In this document: piece by piece, positions 53,295-63,438 of the stretch
Numbering within the stretch: the first letter of the stretch is position 1
Layout of the letters: the number at the start of each line of letters is the position of its first letter
IMG/VR virus record: IMGVR_UViG_3300045988_087149
Span: 1-64,000 of that record
Source of the DNA: a virus
Strand: one strand, 5' to 3'
DNA length: 64,000 bases
The notes under the pieces: generated by a model
Seen by the model: only the letters and a program-made list of their open reading frames with translations
Told to the model about the DNA's origin: nothing
Database searches by the model: none
Made by a program: the position numbers and the translations under genes

Positions 53295-53507
53295 TTACAC
53301 CTCCTTGGGATTACCAAATATTCCACAACAAAAATCTTCATAATCTTTTACAACAGCATCCGCCACATCATTCCAAAATTTGATAAGATATTCAGATGAT
53401 TCATTTGGGAAATACAATAGCAGCGTATTTACAACATTATTCCCAGCTGTGAGCCTACCTTGAATCCCATCGAGCAATTTTTCTCGTTTTACTCCAACTT
53501 CTTCCAT
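53295..53507 (-). CDS. hypothetical protein
   Basis: Track ORF 53295-53546; the ATG at 53507 (MEEVGVK...) has an AGGAGA SD and overlaps the dnaE end by 19 nt. Confidence 0.4.
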   Translation of the reverse strand: MEEVGVKREKLLDGIQGRLTAGNNVVNTLLLYFPNESSEYLIKFWNDVADAVVKDYEDFCCGIFGNPKEV

Positions 53508-56500
53508 ACTTTCATCTCCTGATACGTTTCTGATAATGTTACCCATTCACCATTTTCATCCTTCTTCATTTTATTTTTTTCTTGCAATACCACCCTTGCT
53601 ACATCACCTTTTGATAATTGATGATTCGTCCAGAATTTCTTATTGACTCTATATGTGCGTTCTGCGCCATAACATAGGTTATATAGTGTACAATAAACCG
53701 TACCATATCCTGTTGTCTTTACATCTAGCACTAGCCAATCATTAGGGTCTGAATTTGGGTCATTTACCGTACAATATCCTAGATACTCAAGCTGCCATTT
53801 AATGCGATCAACAATAGTAGCTGGCTTAATATTAGCTTGCTTAATTAAAGCCGTTATCAATGCTTTATTGTCAATCTCTCTAAATTGCTTCTCGGTTTCT
53901 TTACCACAACACGGCCTAATTGCATCTATCATTATATCATCAAATGATGATTTTGTCAATACCTTTGCTGAAATATATTTTTGATAAATCTCATATTCAG
54001 TAATGAGCCGATTTGGTTGAGCAAATTTATCAAAATATCCAAGGCAAAATAGGATTTCAATGGCTTTCTTGTTGATTCTAGGGTCGTCCATAAGTGCTTG
54101 GTATAGAGCAGCGCGATTCTTTATATCAGACTTTCCAAGCTCATATAGTGCCTCTGGTGCGCTCTTAGGCATATCCTTGATAGATGCCATAGTCTGTACA
54201 ATACAGTTGTTAGCACGGTCTATATTGAACGCTCTGTTGTCATCTCCAAATTGAATATCCTTGAGCTTATAGCCGCGCTTTAACATTTCCTGCTTAATGA
54301 GCGCAACCTTATCTTTTTCGCCCTTATCGGTAAATCGCTGGAGTACGCACTTATAAAATTCAAGTGGATAATGCGCCTTGAGATAAGCAATCGTTACACT
54401 ATCAATAGCCATACAATAAGCATGGGCTGAATTGAAGCCATATGCGGCGCTATTCTCAATGATTGTCCATACCTTATCAGCAAGCTCATGTGCCTTGTTA
54501 TCATCATCCGTCTCGCCCGTATCAAGAATAGCTTGAGCAAAATTCTTGATAAATTTAGGCTTTGCGTCTTTGATGATATAATCCTTTTTCTTGCTGATTG
54601 CCTTGATAATAGTATATGTTTCAGACATAGGGAAGCCAGCAAAGCCAAGGACTTTCATTAGAGATTCCTGATATAGAATGAATGACGATGAACAGTATTC
54701 GTCTTGAAGCAAGTCATCAAGCGCCTTGATGCCATAATCAAAATGCTGCCGTTGCTCAAATGTCTGATACATAGATTGGAAAGACGGCCTGATTGCAGCT
54801 ATGAACTGGGTCAACTCAGCAATATTCTTTGGCTTATATCGCATTACTTTTTGAGTTGACTTTGGCTGTTCACACTGATTGACGCATTGTGTATAACCAT
54901 CGGCGTAAATCTGCCATGTTGCATCATCATGTGCAATTTTTTCAAGAAGCTGGTTGACAGTGAACGGCTCGATTCCAGCCTCTTTATAAATATCATATGT
55001 CAAGCCGATTGAATCAACAATAAGATAATCTTGCTTGAGATAGCCAAAAGCATCAATCGTGCCTGATTCGATATTAGCTACAAGCACCTCTTTACCGGTT
55101 GCTTCGGATTTGCACAGGCTGATGCCAATATCAGATTCAATGTCTCCCTCATAGCATAAGCATCCACAGGGATGACCCTTTGCAGTATCATAAATGCCTA
55201 GATATTTCTTACATCCATCTACAAGCTCTTGATATTTCGGCTCGATATATTTATGAATATCAACCGTTTCACCATCTTCAGCGTGTTTCTTGGCTGTTTC
55301 ATAGCGGTCAATCTGCTTACTTACTTCATTGGCTGTATCAGGCTTGACATTATATGCTCTTGCATACATCTTCCATGCGGCCTTGAATTTAAGTGTACCA
55401 AGAGCCAATAGGTCATATGTACCAAGTTCGCCTACTAGGTCGCGCTGTGCTTGAATGAATGGCTGACGGTCACTGACGTTGTTATCAATATCAGGCGGCG
55501 TATGGCTATCTAAGACGCGCTCTTTAGTCAAAAATCGTTCTGAATACATAAGGACGGTGCTATTGACCTTATCAACCTTAGTAAGCCTCAAGAGCTTATT
55601 GAGATACATAGAGACAGCAGAGCCACGCCCTGATGGGGTCAAGATACCGCCATATTTCTCTTGTCCGCGCTTCATTACCATATATGACAAGATGAAATAA
55701 TCCGCCATATTACAAGCCTCTATCTCACCTATATCATGCTTGATCTCTTGATAATACTGTTGCAGTTTATCCTTGTTAATATCGGCTTTTTGCAAGAACC
55801 ATTCATCTTTAAGAATCTGCTCAAAGATATGATTACGTTCTTCTTGTGTCTTATTACGCAGCTCTTTTATAACAGGCACTTTCAATGAGCGGTCGAGCTT
55901 TATGTCCTCAAATTCAAACAGCACATTGGTATTATTGATAGCGGCTTTAATCTGACTGTCTGTCAATACGCCTTGTTGCTTAAATCGCTCAAATAGCACA
56001 TCATATGTTGGATAGTCCATATACCATCCATCTTCATCTTCATAATGGATATTACCTGATTTGAGCAATTCATCTCTATCAAGCATTTGTGATTCAGTGA
56101 TAACATGACTATCACAACCGGCAATGATCGGTATGCCATAAAATTTAGGTAATAGCAAATGCTCATTTAATTGTTTCTGCGCTAATGTATCATGAGCTTG
56201 CACTTCAAGATAGAAGTGCGGGAACTTATGTGCCAACTGAATAACAATATCGTCTATGTCATCGTATTTATTCCAGAAGGCGATGCAAGCCGTTGTAATC
56301 ATCACATCATCTATTGGCAACTGGTCAATCAATTCAAGGTCGATACGAGGACGCGCATAATATCCATCCTTGTTTGCAATAGATAGAATTTTATTGATTG
56401 CTTTACGTCCTTTATCAGTTCGCGCTAATAACACAATATGACAGTTGCTTCTATCAGATTCATGTCGGTCTTTTACCCAGTATGCTTCAGCGCCATATAT

Positions 56501-56731
56501 CCATCTAATATTTGTGCCGTTCTTCTTATTAAATTTTTCTAGGTCATCATATTGTTTGAAATAATTACCAGCCCATCCATGCTCTACTGTAGTATAGATA
56601 CACGGTTTATCACCATATCGTGCTTTTAGCTCATTCCAATAATCTATTGGCAAAAGCGGGCTGTCTTTTAACCATTTATTACTTAGAGATGTATGCTTAT
56701 GGTAATTTACCCAAATTGGTTCATTCATCAC
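53489..56731 (-). CDS. dnaE: DNA polymerase III alpha subunit (DnaE-type, with N-terminal PHP domain)
   Basis: 1080 aa. PHP-like N-terminus (VNYHKHTSLS), polymerase core GRGSAVSMYLNKLLRLTKVD, and FNSAHAYCMA in the fingers region. Confidence 0.8.
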   Translation of the reverse strand: MMNEPIWVNYHKHTSLSNKWLKDSPLLPIDYWNELKARYGDKPCIYTTVEHGWAGNYFKQYDDLEKFNKKNGTNIRWIYGAEAYWVKDRHESDRSNCHIVLLARTDKGRKAINKILSIANKDGYYARPRIDLELIDQLPIDDVMITTACIAFWNKYDDIDDIVIQLAHKFPHFYLEVQAHDTLAQKQLNEHLLLPKFYGIPIIAGCDSHVITESQMLDRDELLKSGNIHYEDEDGWYMDYPTYDVLFERFKQQGVLTDSQIKAAINNTNVLFEFEDIKLDRSLKVPVIKELRNKTQEERNHIFEQILKDEWFLQKADINKDKLQQYYQEIKHDIGEIEACNMADYFILSYMVMKRGQEKYGGILTPSGRGSAVSMYLNKLLRLTKVDKVNSTVLMYSERFLTKERVLDSHTPPDIDNNVSDRQPFIQAQRDLVGELGTYDLLALGTLKFKAAWKMYARAYNVKPDTANEVSKQIDRYETAKKHAEDGETVDIHKYIEPKYQELVDGCKKYLGIYDTAKGHPCGCLCYEGDIESDIGISLCKSEATGKEVLVANIESGTIDAFGYLKQDYLIVDSIGLTYDIYKEAGIEPFTVNQLLEKIAHDDATWQIYADGYTQCVNQCEQPKSTQKVMRYKPKNIAELTQFIAAIRPSFQSMYQTFEQRQHFDYGIKALDDLLQDEYCSSSFILYQESLMKVLGFAGFPMSETYTIIKAISKKKDYIIKDAKPKFIKNFAQAILDTGETDDDNKAHELADKVWTIIENSAAYGFNSAHAYCMAIDSVTIAYLKAHYPLEFYKCVLQRFTDKGEKDKVALIKQEMLKRGYKLKDIQFGDDNRAFNIDRANNCIVQTMASIKDMPKSAPEALYELGKSDIKNRAALYQALMDDPRINKKAIEILFCLGYFDKFAQPNRLITEYEIYQKYISAKVLTKSSFDDIMIDAIRPCCGKETEKQFREIDNKALITALIKQANIKPATIVDRIKWQLEYLGYCTVNDPNSDPNDWLVLDVKTTGYGTVYCTLYNLCYGAERTYRVNKKFWTNHQLSKGDVARVVLQEKNKMKKDENGEWVTLSETYQEMKVWKKLE
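53931..53959 (-). promoter_or_regulatory. perfect consensus promoter sequence internal to dnaE
   Basis: - strand TTGACA (53959-53954), 17 nt, TGa-TATAAT (53936-53931), about 440 nt before the dnaE stop. Function unproven. Confidence 0.5.
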
Positions 56732-57066
56732 TTCATCAACTCAAATACATCTTCTTTTTCTTCATACTGAACAATCTGTCCAAGATAATATTCAACCTCA
56801 TCATTACAAGTATCAAGCCAGCATACAATGATTTTACCTGTATCATTGGATTCTTCGCGGCTTGTCATGGTAATAATATATTCTCCATAATCTCTGTGGT
56901 GTACTTCAAGCCGCATTTTTCCTCCAAATAGCATATCATCAGCAGAGCCTCTAATAGCATCCATTGTTGGAATCTTACTCTTAATCTCAACCTGAAATAC
57001 ACCGGCTTCATTCTTGAACTTGATGATGTCTCTAATTTTGTATTCCATCTTTTTATTACTCCTCAT
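56728..57066 (-). CDS. hypothetical protein
   Basis: 112-aa ORF. Confidence 0.45.
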   Translation of the reverse strand: MRSNKKMEYKIRDIIKFKNEAGVFQVEIKSKIPTMDAIRGSADDMLFGGKMRLEVHHRDYGEYIITMTSREESNDTGKIIVCWLDTCNDEVEYYLGQIVQYEEKEDVFELMK

Positions 57067-57601
57067 ATTTCTTTTTTAATCTATCAAGTTCCGCTAATTC
57101 CTTCTGTTTTAACGTTTCTGCTTTTCTCGCAGCTTCTCTTGCTCTTTGTGGCGCAGCAAGCATCCAATTAAATTCTTTCTGTGCGTTTTTGGCTGTTTCG
57201 CGCATCTCAAGGTACTGATATAACAAATCTTGGGCAATTTTTTCTGCCTTCTTACGATCAAATCTGTCCTGATTTACCGTTACTTTAATCCATTGCCACC
57301 AACCACCACAATCAATGTAGTTTGACTGGACATCTCCAGAATATACAGAATATCTATCAGGCTCATTCATCATGTCCCACGAGCCATTGTTATACCTGAA
57401 CATGACTTCATGGCTGTATAGAGGATGAACATCCGAGACGTCATCTTTTCCGTCAAAACAATTTACAGGTAAAACATATGGTTCATAGTGTTTATCTTTT
57501 TTTAAGATGCACCATTTTTCTGCCTCGTCCTTATTCGTGAAATAACCTAAAATATCCCAATCACTATAATATCCTTGAACTACCAAATAAATTTCGGGCA
57601 T
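57056..57601 (-). CDS. hypothetical protein
   Basis: 181-aa ORF. Confidence 0.45.
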   Translation of the reverse strand: MPEIYLVVQGYYSDWDILGYFTNKDEAEKWCILKKDKHYEPYVLPVNCFDGKDDVSDVHPLYSHEVMFRYNNGSWDMMNEPDRYSVYSGDVQSNYIDCGGWWQWIKVTVNQDRFDRKKAEKIAQDLLYQYLEMRETAKNAQKEFNWMLAAPQRAREAARKAETLKQKELAELDRLKKKYEE

Positions 57602-57616
57602 ATTTTTTATTCCTCC

Positions 57617-57877
57617 TTATTCTACTTCCGTACACATCCCAATACATTGTGGTGTTTCATTATATGTTTTGCCATCAAATGTATCGGTGCAAATATAATA
57701 CGTCGGACACCATCCAATACGATTATCATCACATAGATATTTGATACTTAAATCGAATTTATGAATACCCCATTCTCTTGCGACATACTCAAACACGTCT
57801 GTCAATGAATCAAATTCGCGACATTCTTTCATTGATTCTTTAAGTGTGCCTCTATGTGGTCGATATTTCCAAGGCAT
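57617..57877 (-). CDS. hypothetical protein
   Basis: 86-aa ORF with GGAGGAATAAAA SD. Confidence 0.45.
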   Translation of the reverse strand: MPWKYRPHRGTLKESMKECREFDSLTDVFEYVAREWGIHKFDLSIKYLCDDNRIGWCPTYYICTDTFDGKTYNETPQCIGMCTEVE

Positions 57878-57892
57878 CTTTTTTATTCCTCC

Positions 57893-58534
57893 TTATTTAT
57901 GATACACCGGACATACACACCCATCACCATTTTCAGCCTTCAAATAAATGGGGCTGATTCTATTTGCTGCATACGCCTTACAATCAGGCAGACATTCCAT
58001 AGCATTAAGTAGATACTGCGGATTGACCCAAAAATCCAATTCATCATCAAGCAGGTAATCTTCTACTTTCTTAGGATTATTCTTTTCCTTGATTTTATGC
58101 GTCTTGATATAGACCTTTAATTTGTCAATATCAGGCAGGGTAATTTCCTTAGAGTCGTATATTGGTCTAACAATCTGCTCGAGCTGCATTTCCTGTCCAT
58201 GCCATTTTTCATCAATCTCAGGCAGAAGCAACTTTTTATTGAATCTAATAGCTACAAAGCCATCACATACACAATACAGCGTTGAGCCATCTTTTGTCTG
58301 ATTGGTAAACATGCCAATCAACACCTCTTTACCAGTGGATTCAGCGTTCTTGATAATGCGATTCGCCGCAGTCATAATCGACTTAGTACCGGATTTCTTT
58401 GACTGCTCAACAAGCATATCGGCTTCAAGTTGCTTCAGTGTGGTATCCATATCCTTAGCAACTAAATACAGTCCGGCAGTATCGCATGAATCGCGCCATC
58501 CTTTGATAATATCGTACAGTTTTTCAGTAGTCAT
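57893..58534 (-). CDS. hypothetical protein; the C-terminus resembles the last domain of a bacterial beta sliding clamp
   Basis: 213 aa. DFWVNPQYLLNAMECL......SPIYLKAENGDGCVCPV parallels the DnaN pattern FN..YLLD.L..L......S......(V)MP. Weak, from memory. Confidence 0.3.
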   Translation of the reverse strand: MTTEKLYDIIKGWRDSCDTAGLYLVAKDMDTTLKQLEADMLVEQSKKSGTKSIMTAANRIIKNAESTGKEVLIGMFTNQTKDGSTLYCVCDGFVAIRFNKKLLLPEIDEKWHGQEMQLEQIVRPIYDSKEITLPDIDKLKVYIKTHKIKEKNNPKKVEDYLLDDELDFWVNPQYLLNAMECLPDCKAYAANRISPIYLKAENGDGCVCPVYHK

Positions 58535-58536
58535 AA

Positions 58537-58722
58537 TTACTTGCCTTTCACCTTTTTGTCAGTTCTAAAATCTACTGCTCTATTATTAGGGTCAAAATCC
58601 TGTGATGGTTTAGGCATGATTTCATCTATTATATCATTAAACCATTTATAGCTATGCAATCTGTTCCATAAATCTTCAAATTGTTCTTCTGTAAGAATTG
58701 GTAGTTTGAATTTTTCATCCAT
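58537..58722 (-). CDS. hypothetical protein
   Basis: 61-aa ORF. Confidence 0.4.
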   Translation of the reverse strand: MDEKFKLPILTEEQFEDLWNRLHSYKWFNDIIDEIMPKPSQDFDPNNRAVDFRTDKKVKGK

Positions 58723-58728
58723 AATTAT

Positions 58729-59013
58729 TTACTCTCTATAATCATCATAAATTTCAAGCACACAATGCTTCTCGTCTCTCCACTTTCTTGGTGGAGCAAT
58801 TATAACTTCATGTCCAGTTTCATCAATCAATTCTTTTAGTTTAGCCATAGATGAAATATCAATATATGTAATATCCCATTCGCTATTATTGATCTTATTC
58901 CGTACTCGGGTCATATACATCTTATACTTTTCATCCCCAAGACAAGGATACTTTGTAATTGCCCCAGCATAAGATGGATAACCAATCGATGTGATGTTTA
59001 AACAAAATTTCAT
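58729..59013 (-). CDS. hypothetical early protein (IEIYDxYRE family), paralogue of 38211-38459
   Basis: Start moved to the ATG at 59013 (MKFCLNIT...), because the ATG at 59034 lies about 5 nt from the predicted TSS. Ends ...HEVIIAPP....LEIYDDYRE. Confidence 0.45.
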   Translation of the reverse strand: MKFCLNITSIGYPSYAGAITKYPCLGDEKYKMYMTRVRNKINNSEWDITYIDISSMAKLKELIDETGHEVIIAPPRKWRDEKHCVLEIYDDYRE

Positions 59014-59045
59014 AACAACAACCGCCCCTTTCATTTGATACTTGG

Positions 59046-59074
59046 ATTATATCATAGATTGGAGCGGTTGTCAA
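59046..59074 (-). promoter_or_regulatory. consensus sigma-70-type promoter
   Basis: - strand TTGACA (59074-59069), 17 nt, TGa-TATAAT (59051-59046). Confidence 0.75.
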
Positions 59075-59084
59075 GATGGTTTAT

Positions 59085-59276
59085 TTAATTTTTCTTTTTT
59101 TCTGGTTCTGTTTTATTGATAGTCCAATATCGTTGGTTTAATATCGGTTCTGTAGTTGTTGTTCCTCTTAAAGAATAGCAATGATAACAATCGCCATCAC
59201 AATAAGCCCATCCTTCTCCGCATTTTCTCATCTGTATATCCATCAGAACCATACCTTCTGATCTTGCTGAGTACAT
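59085..59276 (-). CDS. hypothetical Cys-rich small protein (start probably internal, at 59252 or 59243)
   Basis: CGEGWAYCDGDCYHC; overlaps the end of the MBL gene. Confidence 0.35.
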   Translation of the reverse strand: MYSARSEGMVLMDIQMRKCGEGWAYCDGDCYHCYSLRGTTTTEPILNQRYWTINKTEPEKKKN

Positions 59277-60643
59277 ATAACCCTGCTTGATTTACCTTTT
59301 TTGATTAGATCGTCTTGTAGGGTATTGACAAATTCTACTTTGCTTGAAAATTCACTATGTACTAAGCACAATTTATCATAATTTATATTCTGATAATATT
59401 TCATTAGTTGGTTATAATTAGCATGAGATGAAAATGTATTTAAGCAATATATCTGAGCATTGTTCTGAATCAGCTCACCATCCAGCATGATTTCTTTTGC
59501 GCCATGCTTAATTTCATATGCAAGCGTATTAGGGCTAGCATATCCAGAGAATAGCACAGCATTGCGGCTATTAGGCAGGATGTATTTGAGATGCGCTAAA
59601 GCCCGTCCGGCATTAAGCATACCGCTACTAGCCACTATGATGGCTTGTTCATTTGATTGCTGAATAGCTTGGCTTTCTTCCCATGATTCAATTAGCCGCA
59701 AGTTGAGCTTATCTTCATAATCTAACTGATCTGACCATGCTCTATATATGCGGCAAGCAAGTGGCGAATCAAGATAAACAGGAATCATCTGCCCGTCAAT
59801 CTTGTGCTCTGTGGCTCGTGTACGCCATAGAACATCAAGAATATCCTCTACACGCTGTAAGCTAAAAGTTGGCATCAATATGCGATTATATTGGAATATA
59901 GCCGCATTGATAATCTGCTCATCATACCAGCGGTCTTTCTTCATGCTATAACATCTAGTCGGGTCACTATATGTACATTCACCAACCACCACGTTACATC
60001 TTGGCAATGGCTCGATTGGTGGTACAGATACGCTCTTAGCCTCTGTATTGAAATCACCTGTAAAGCCAATTCGCTTGATACTATAACCCTGTTTGATTTC
60101 CAACACAGCTTGAGCTGAATGGATGATATGACCGGCATGATAATATGTCAACTTTGCACCGCCTACAATGGTCGTAGGAACGCCAAACGGCACTTCAACA
60201 AGCCATTGCATTACCTTATCAATATCGGCCTCAGTAGCCAATGGCGGCGCTTTGATACCATGCTTATTCTGCATCTTTAGGCTATCCTGCGCCATAATTT
60301 TAATGCAATCATCCATCATTATCTTGAAGATAGGGATTGAGCCTTGAGGGATATAGATATAGGCTTGCATACCCATAGCAACAGCAGCAAGTAACCCAAG
60401 ACAATGATCGGTGTGTAGGTGGGTAATGACAACACCATGTACCGTCTTTGGCTTGATTTTCTTCATCTGGTCACGATTGGCGCGATAATCAGCCACTAGA
60501 TTATTAGTCTGAATTAGACCCATATCAACCGCTAATTTGATATTGTCGAATCGAACAATCGTACATGAACCAGTTACAGATGCGGCATTACCACCAATAA
60601 AATGCAAATATGGCTTGGATGTACCAGATGATTTAGCTGGCAT
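59243..60643 (-). CDS. metallo-beta-lactamase fold / beta-CASP nuclease (RNase J / SNM1-like)
   Basis: VITHLHTDHCLG (HxHxDH) and later beta-CASP-like motifs (TGDF, FSSHA, LVHSE). ATG at 60643 after a GAGGAGG SD. Confidence 0.65.
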   Translation of the reverse strand: MPAKSSGTSKPYLHFIGGNAASVTGSCTIVRFDNIKLAVDMGLIQTNNLVADYRANRDQMKKIKPKTVHGVVITHLHTDHCLGLLAAVAMGMQAYIYIPQGSIPIFKIMMDDCIKIMAQDSLKMQNKHGIKAPPLATEADIDKVMQWLVEVPFGVPTTIVGGAKLTYYHAGHIIHSAQAVLEIKQGYSIKRIGFTGDFNTEAKSVSVPPIEPLPRCNVVVGECTYSDPTRCYSMKKDRWYDEQIINAAIFQYNRILMPTFSLQRVEDILDVLWRTRATEHKIDGQMIPVYLDSPLACRIYRAWSDQLDYEDKLNLRLIESWEESQAIQQSNEQAIIVASSGMLNAGRALAHLKYILPNSRNAVLFSGYASPNTLAYEIKHGAKEIMLDGELIQNNAQIYCLNTFSSHANYNQLMKYYQNINYDKLCLVHSEFSSKVEFVNTLQDDLIKKGKSSRVICTQQDQKVWF

Positions 60644-60956
60644 TAGTAGCCTCCTCATCCTTTTTACCAGTTTGCATATACGCCCATGCTACTACATCAT
60701 CCCAATCACCCAGATTATCGAGATAATATGAGCTATATCCATCATATCCATCATCTAGCATACAAGTATCTTGCGATACATCACCACTTTTACCCAATAC
60801 TAGAATCTCTCTATTCTCATCTGGCAATTCACAGCTAAACATATAAAGAGGATATTCATATTCGGCCAAACCATCTTCAGCAAATCCTTCAATTTCTTCC
60901 TCAGTAGGTGGTCTAATCACAACCTTATGCCATACAATTTTTTCAATCCATTCCAT
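60633..60956 (-). CDS. hypothetical protein (DUF551-like)
   Basis: 107-aa ORF. Confidence 0.4.
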   Translation of the reverse strand: MEWIEKIVWHKVVIRPPTEEEIEGFAEDGLAEYEYPLYMFSCELPDENREILVLGKSGDVSQDTCMLDDGYDGYSSYYLDNLGDWDDVVAWAYMQTGKKDEEATNAS

Positions 60957-61153
60957 TAAGCCGACTCATCATCCTTCCTCATCTTTAGTACATTTCTCAG
61001 CACACAATCCATACAATTCAAATCTGCACCATTCCACATTTTATCTCTCTGTGCTGTCATGCGGGGGTCAATTTTTACATATTTATCACAATCAGATTGA
61101 TAATCACAGCGATTACAAGGAATTTCCCAGACATGGGATGGGCGTTTACTCAT
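60956..61153 (-). CDS. hypothetical Cys-rich protein
   Basis: Start moved to the ATG at 61153 (MSKRPSHVWEIPCNRC...), with ATGAGTAA overlap to the upstream stop. Confidence 0.4.
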   Translation of the reverse strand: MSKRPSHVWEIPCNRCDYQSDCDKYVKIDPRMTAQRDKMWNGADLNCMDCVLRNVLKMRKDDESA

Positions 61154-61412
61154 AATCATCCTCCTCATATTCAGGCTCAGACGGTAAGCTAAACACAATA
61201 GCTTGAGTAATAGCAGGGCTAGGTGCAATCTTTTCAGCGGCGGCTTCATGCTCTGCTTTGTCAAGCTCTAGCTCCATCGATATCCGATTAATTTTGACGT
61301 TGATAACTGACTGTACTAAATCCACAATCGAGCCGCACAGAGGCAACAGTGAGCTTACAAACAGGACTGCGCCTCCTGCAATCCATAGCGGTGTTAGACG
61401 GTCTTTATTCAT
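61146..61412 (-). CDS. small membrane protein
   Basis: 88 aa; TM segment LTPLWIAGGAVLFVSSLLPLCGSIV. Confidence 0.4.
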   Translation of the reverse strand: MNKDRLTPLWIAGGAVLFVSSLLPLCGSIVDLVQSVINVKINRISMELELDKAEHEAAAEKIAPSPAITQAIVFSLPSEPEYEEDDYE

Positions 61413-61484
61413 AGGCGATTATCCTTTACTTCATAAAATAATACAAGAATCCATAGAATGAGAAAGATGAATAGAATCAAACCA

Positions 61485-61739
61485 TCATCCATTATCAGCC
61501 TCATTCTCATTGTCTACTGGTGTAGACAATGCTTTCATTCTGTCCATTCTATTATCAGCCTCGCCAACCTTGGCTTTGATTAGGTCTTTAATCGCCTTAG
61601 CCGAGGTTAGAGGTGCAATCTGCTTACTAATTTCATAAATGCAAGCATCCCATCCTGTCATTAGGCCGCGATTGAAATGCTCTTTCAACTTTCCTTCAAT
61701 ACTCTCAGCGATAATTTCTTTCAGCTTATCGTCAGACAT
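61485..61739 (-). CDS. hypothetical protein
   Basis: 84-aa ORF. Confidence 0.4.
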   Translation of the reverse strand: MSDDKLKEIIAESIEGKLKEHFNRGLMTGWDACIYEISKQIAPLTSAKAIKDLIKAKVGEADNRMDRMKALSTPVDNENEADNG

Positions 61740-62025
61740 AATTCCCTCCTACTCTAATGTCGCATTTTGGGCAATACACTTCTGTAACTGGTTCATAACA
61801 TGGCGGATCATCTACTTCACTATGATAAACCAGATGTGTGTATAATTCTAGCTTAGAGCCACATTCAGGGCATCTATTCATTGCTTCTAGCTCTCTAGTT
61901 GCTGCATATGCTAGGCGCATATCCTTGAGTGATGCTAGATATAATAGGCAATCCACGGCAATATCTTGGTTGCTATCATAATAACCTAGAACAGCCTCTA
62001 CAACCTCATCGTGCATATCAGTCAT
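61732..62025 (-). CDS. hypothetical Zn-ribbon protein
   Basis: CPECG ... CPKC. Confidence 0.4.
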   Translation of the reverse strand: MTDMHDEVVEAVLGYYDSNQDIAVDCLLYLASLKDMRLAYAATRELEAMNRCPECGSKLELYTHLVYHSEVDDPPCYEPVTEVYCPKCDIRVGGNYV

Positions 62026-62579
62026 TCTACTAGCTCCAGATTATCGTAGTCAACAACATACGCACATAATGTGATGTTGCTCTTAATCAAAGTACACTTC
62101 TTACTACTATTAGCGGATAAATTCCCAACATACAAAACTTGATATTTATTATAGATAGACGGACGCCCCATGCCAGAACTGGACTGAACAGCACAAACAA
62201 TATGCTCTACAGGGATATTGTTTTCTTTAAAAAAGCTCGTTGCCTCCATACTATTGCATTGCTGGCTCGTCTTTACCTTAACAATGTCTCCAACCTTAAT
62301 TTCTCTTGGCTTCTTTGCTTCAGACATTCTTTCCTTCAGCTCATCAATGCCAACCTGTAGCCGCCAATCATCGTCAGGATGGCATCGAGCCTCAACCTTC
62401 TTGCCGTCCTTGCTTGTCATCACTATGCGATTACCCTCAATATGCAGGTCATAATCGCCCTCTAGCCACTTAGGTGCTACATTCTTTTCGTAGAATTTGT
62501 ATTCTAGCTTCATGTCTTTCTTTTCCCTTTCTTTCATAATTTCATCATATAGACTATTAAATACATCGTCCCACATCAT
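62022..62579 (-). CDS. hypothetical protein
   Basis: 185-aa ORF with GAGGAGGA SD. Confidence 0.45.
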   Translation of the reverse strand: MMWDDVFNSLYDEIMKEREKKDMKLEYKFYEKNVAPKWLEGDYDLHIEGNRIVMTSKDGKKVEARCHPDDDWRLQVGIDELKERMSEAKKPREIKVGDIVKVKTSQQCNSMEATSFFKENNIPVEHIVCAVQSSSGMGRPSIYNKYQVLYVGNLSANSSKKCTLIKSNITLCAYVVDYDNLELVE

Positions 62580-62596
62580 TATTTTGTCCTCCTCAA

Positions 62597-63436
62597 TTAA
62601 AAATTAACAACGCTCATTGCATTTACTGCACGCTGCTCAGTGCGCTTGATATATCTATTTGCTGTGATAGCAACTGAGCTATGCCCCATTGCCTTACTAA
62701 TGACCTCAATAGGCACATCGGCTTCAGACATCATAGTAGCAAATGTACGGCGCATGGTATGATTACTGATATGCAATTCCTCCCAATTCTCAATACCGGC
62801 TTTTCTCGCACATACTTTGAGCATTGCACTGGTATTCTTGCCATCCATTTTATTGCCACGATTGCCAACAAACAGATATTCACAGCCATCTTTGCGCTCA
62901 TTGGCAATATAGCTATCAATCAGCTTAATTGTCTCATCAGCCAAACCAACCAATCTATCCTTATCGCCCTTACCGCGAATGACCAGAACATTATTGCTAC
63001 GAGATTCGTACTGTTCAAGCGTAATATTGGCAAGCTCATGGATACGCAAGCCAGTCTGAGCAAGCATCATAATGATCGCCTTATTACGCTTATTAGTAGC
63101 CGCATTGACCATTGCCCTGACCTGTTCGCCATTAAGAGCCGATTGCTCACGATTCTTAATCTGTGGCGCTTCAAGCATCTCAGCCGGATTGCGGCTAATG
63201 AACTCGTTCCTATAAAGGAATTTGAAATATTCACGAACCGCAGACGTTCTCTGAGCAACAGATGCAGAGCTAAGATTACTCATGCTGGACTGCCACAGCT
63301 CAAGGTCAATCGGCTTGATTTCGATTTCAGGTTTATTGACATATGTCATGCAATTCTCAATCGCCTTAGTGTATTCTCTAATCGTTCCCTCACTACGGTG
63401 CTTTGCCTTGAGGCTCATAACAAACAGTTCATTCAT
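62597..63436 (-). CDS. tyrosine recombinase, short XerC/XerD-like type
   Basis: 279 aa. SAM-like N-domain. Catalytic residues in context: TGLRIHEL (Arg), HTMRRTFAT (His-x-x-Arg), GHSSVAITANRYI (His...Tyr). Confidence 0.8.
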   Translation of the reverse strand: MNELFVMSLKAKHRSEGTIREYTKAIENCMTYVNKPEIEIKPIDLELWQSSMSNLSSASVAQRTSAVREYFKFLYRNEFISRNPAEMLEAPQIKNREQSALNGEQVRAMVNAATNKRNKAIIMMLAQTGLRIHELANITLEQYESRSNNVLVIRGKGDKDRLVGLADETIKLIDSYIANERKDGCEYLFVGNRGNKMDGKNTSAMLKVCARKAGIENWEELHISNHTMRRTFATMMSEADVPIEVISKAMGHSSVAITANRYIKRTEQRAVNAMSVVNF

Positions 63437-63438
63437 GT

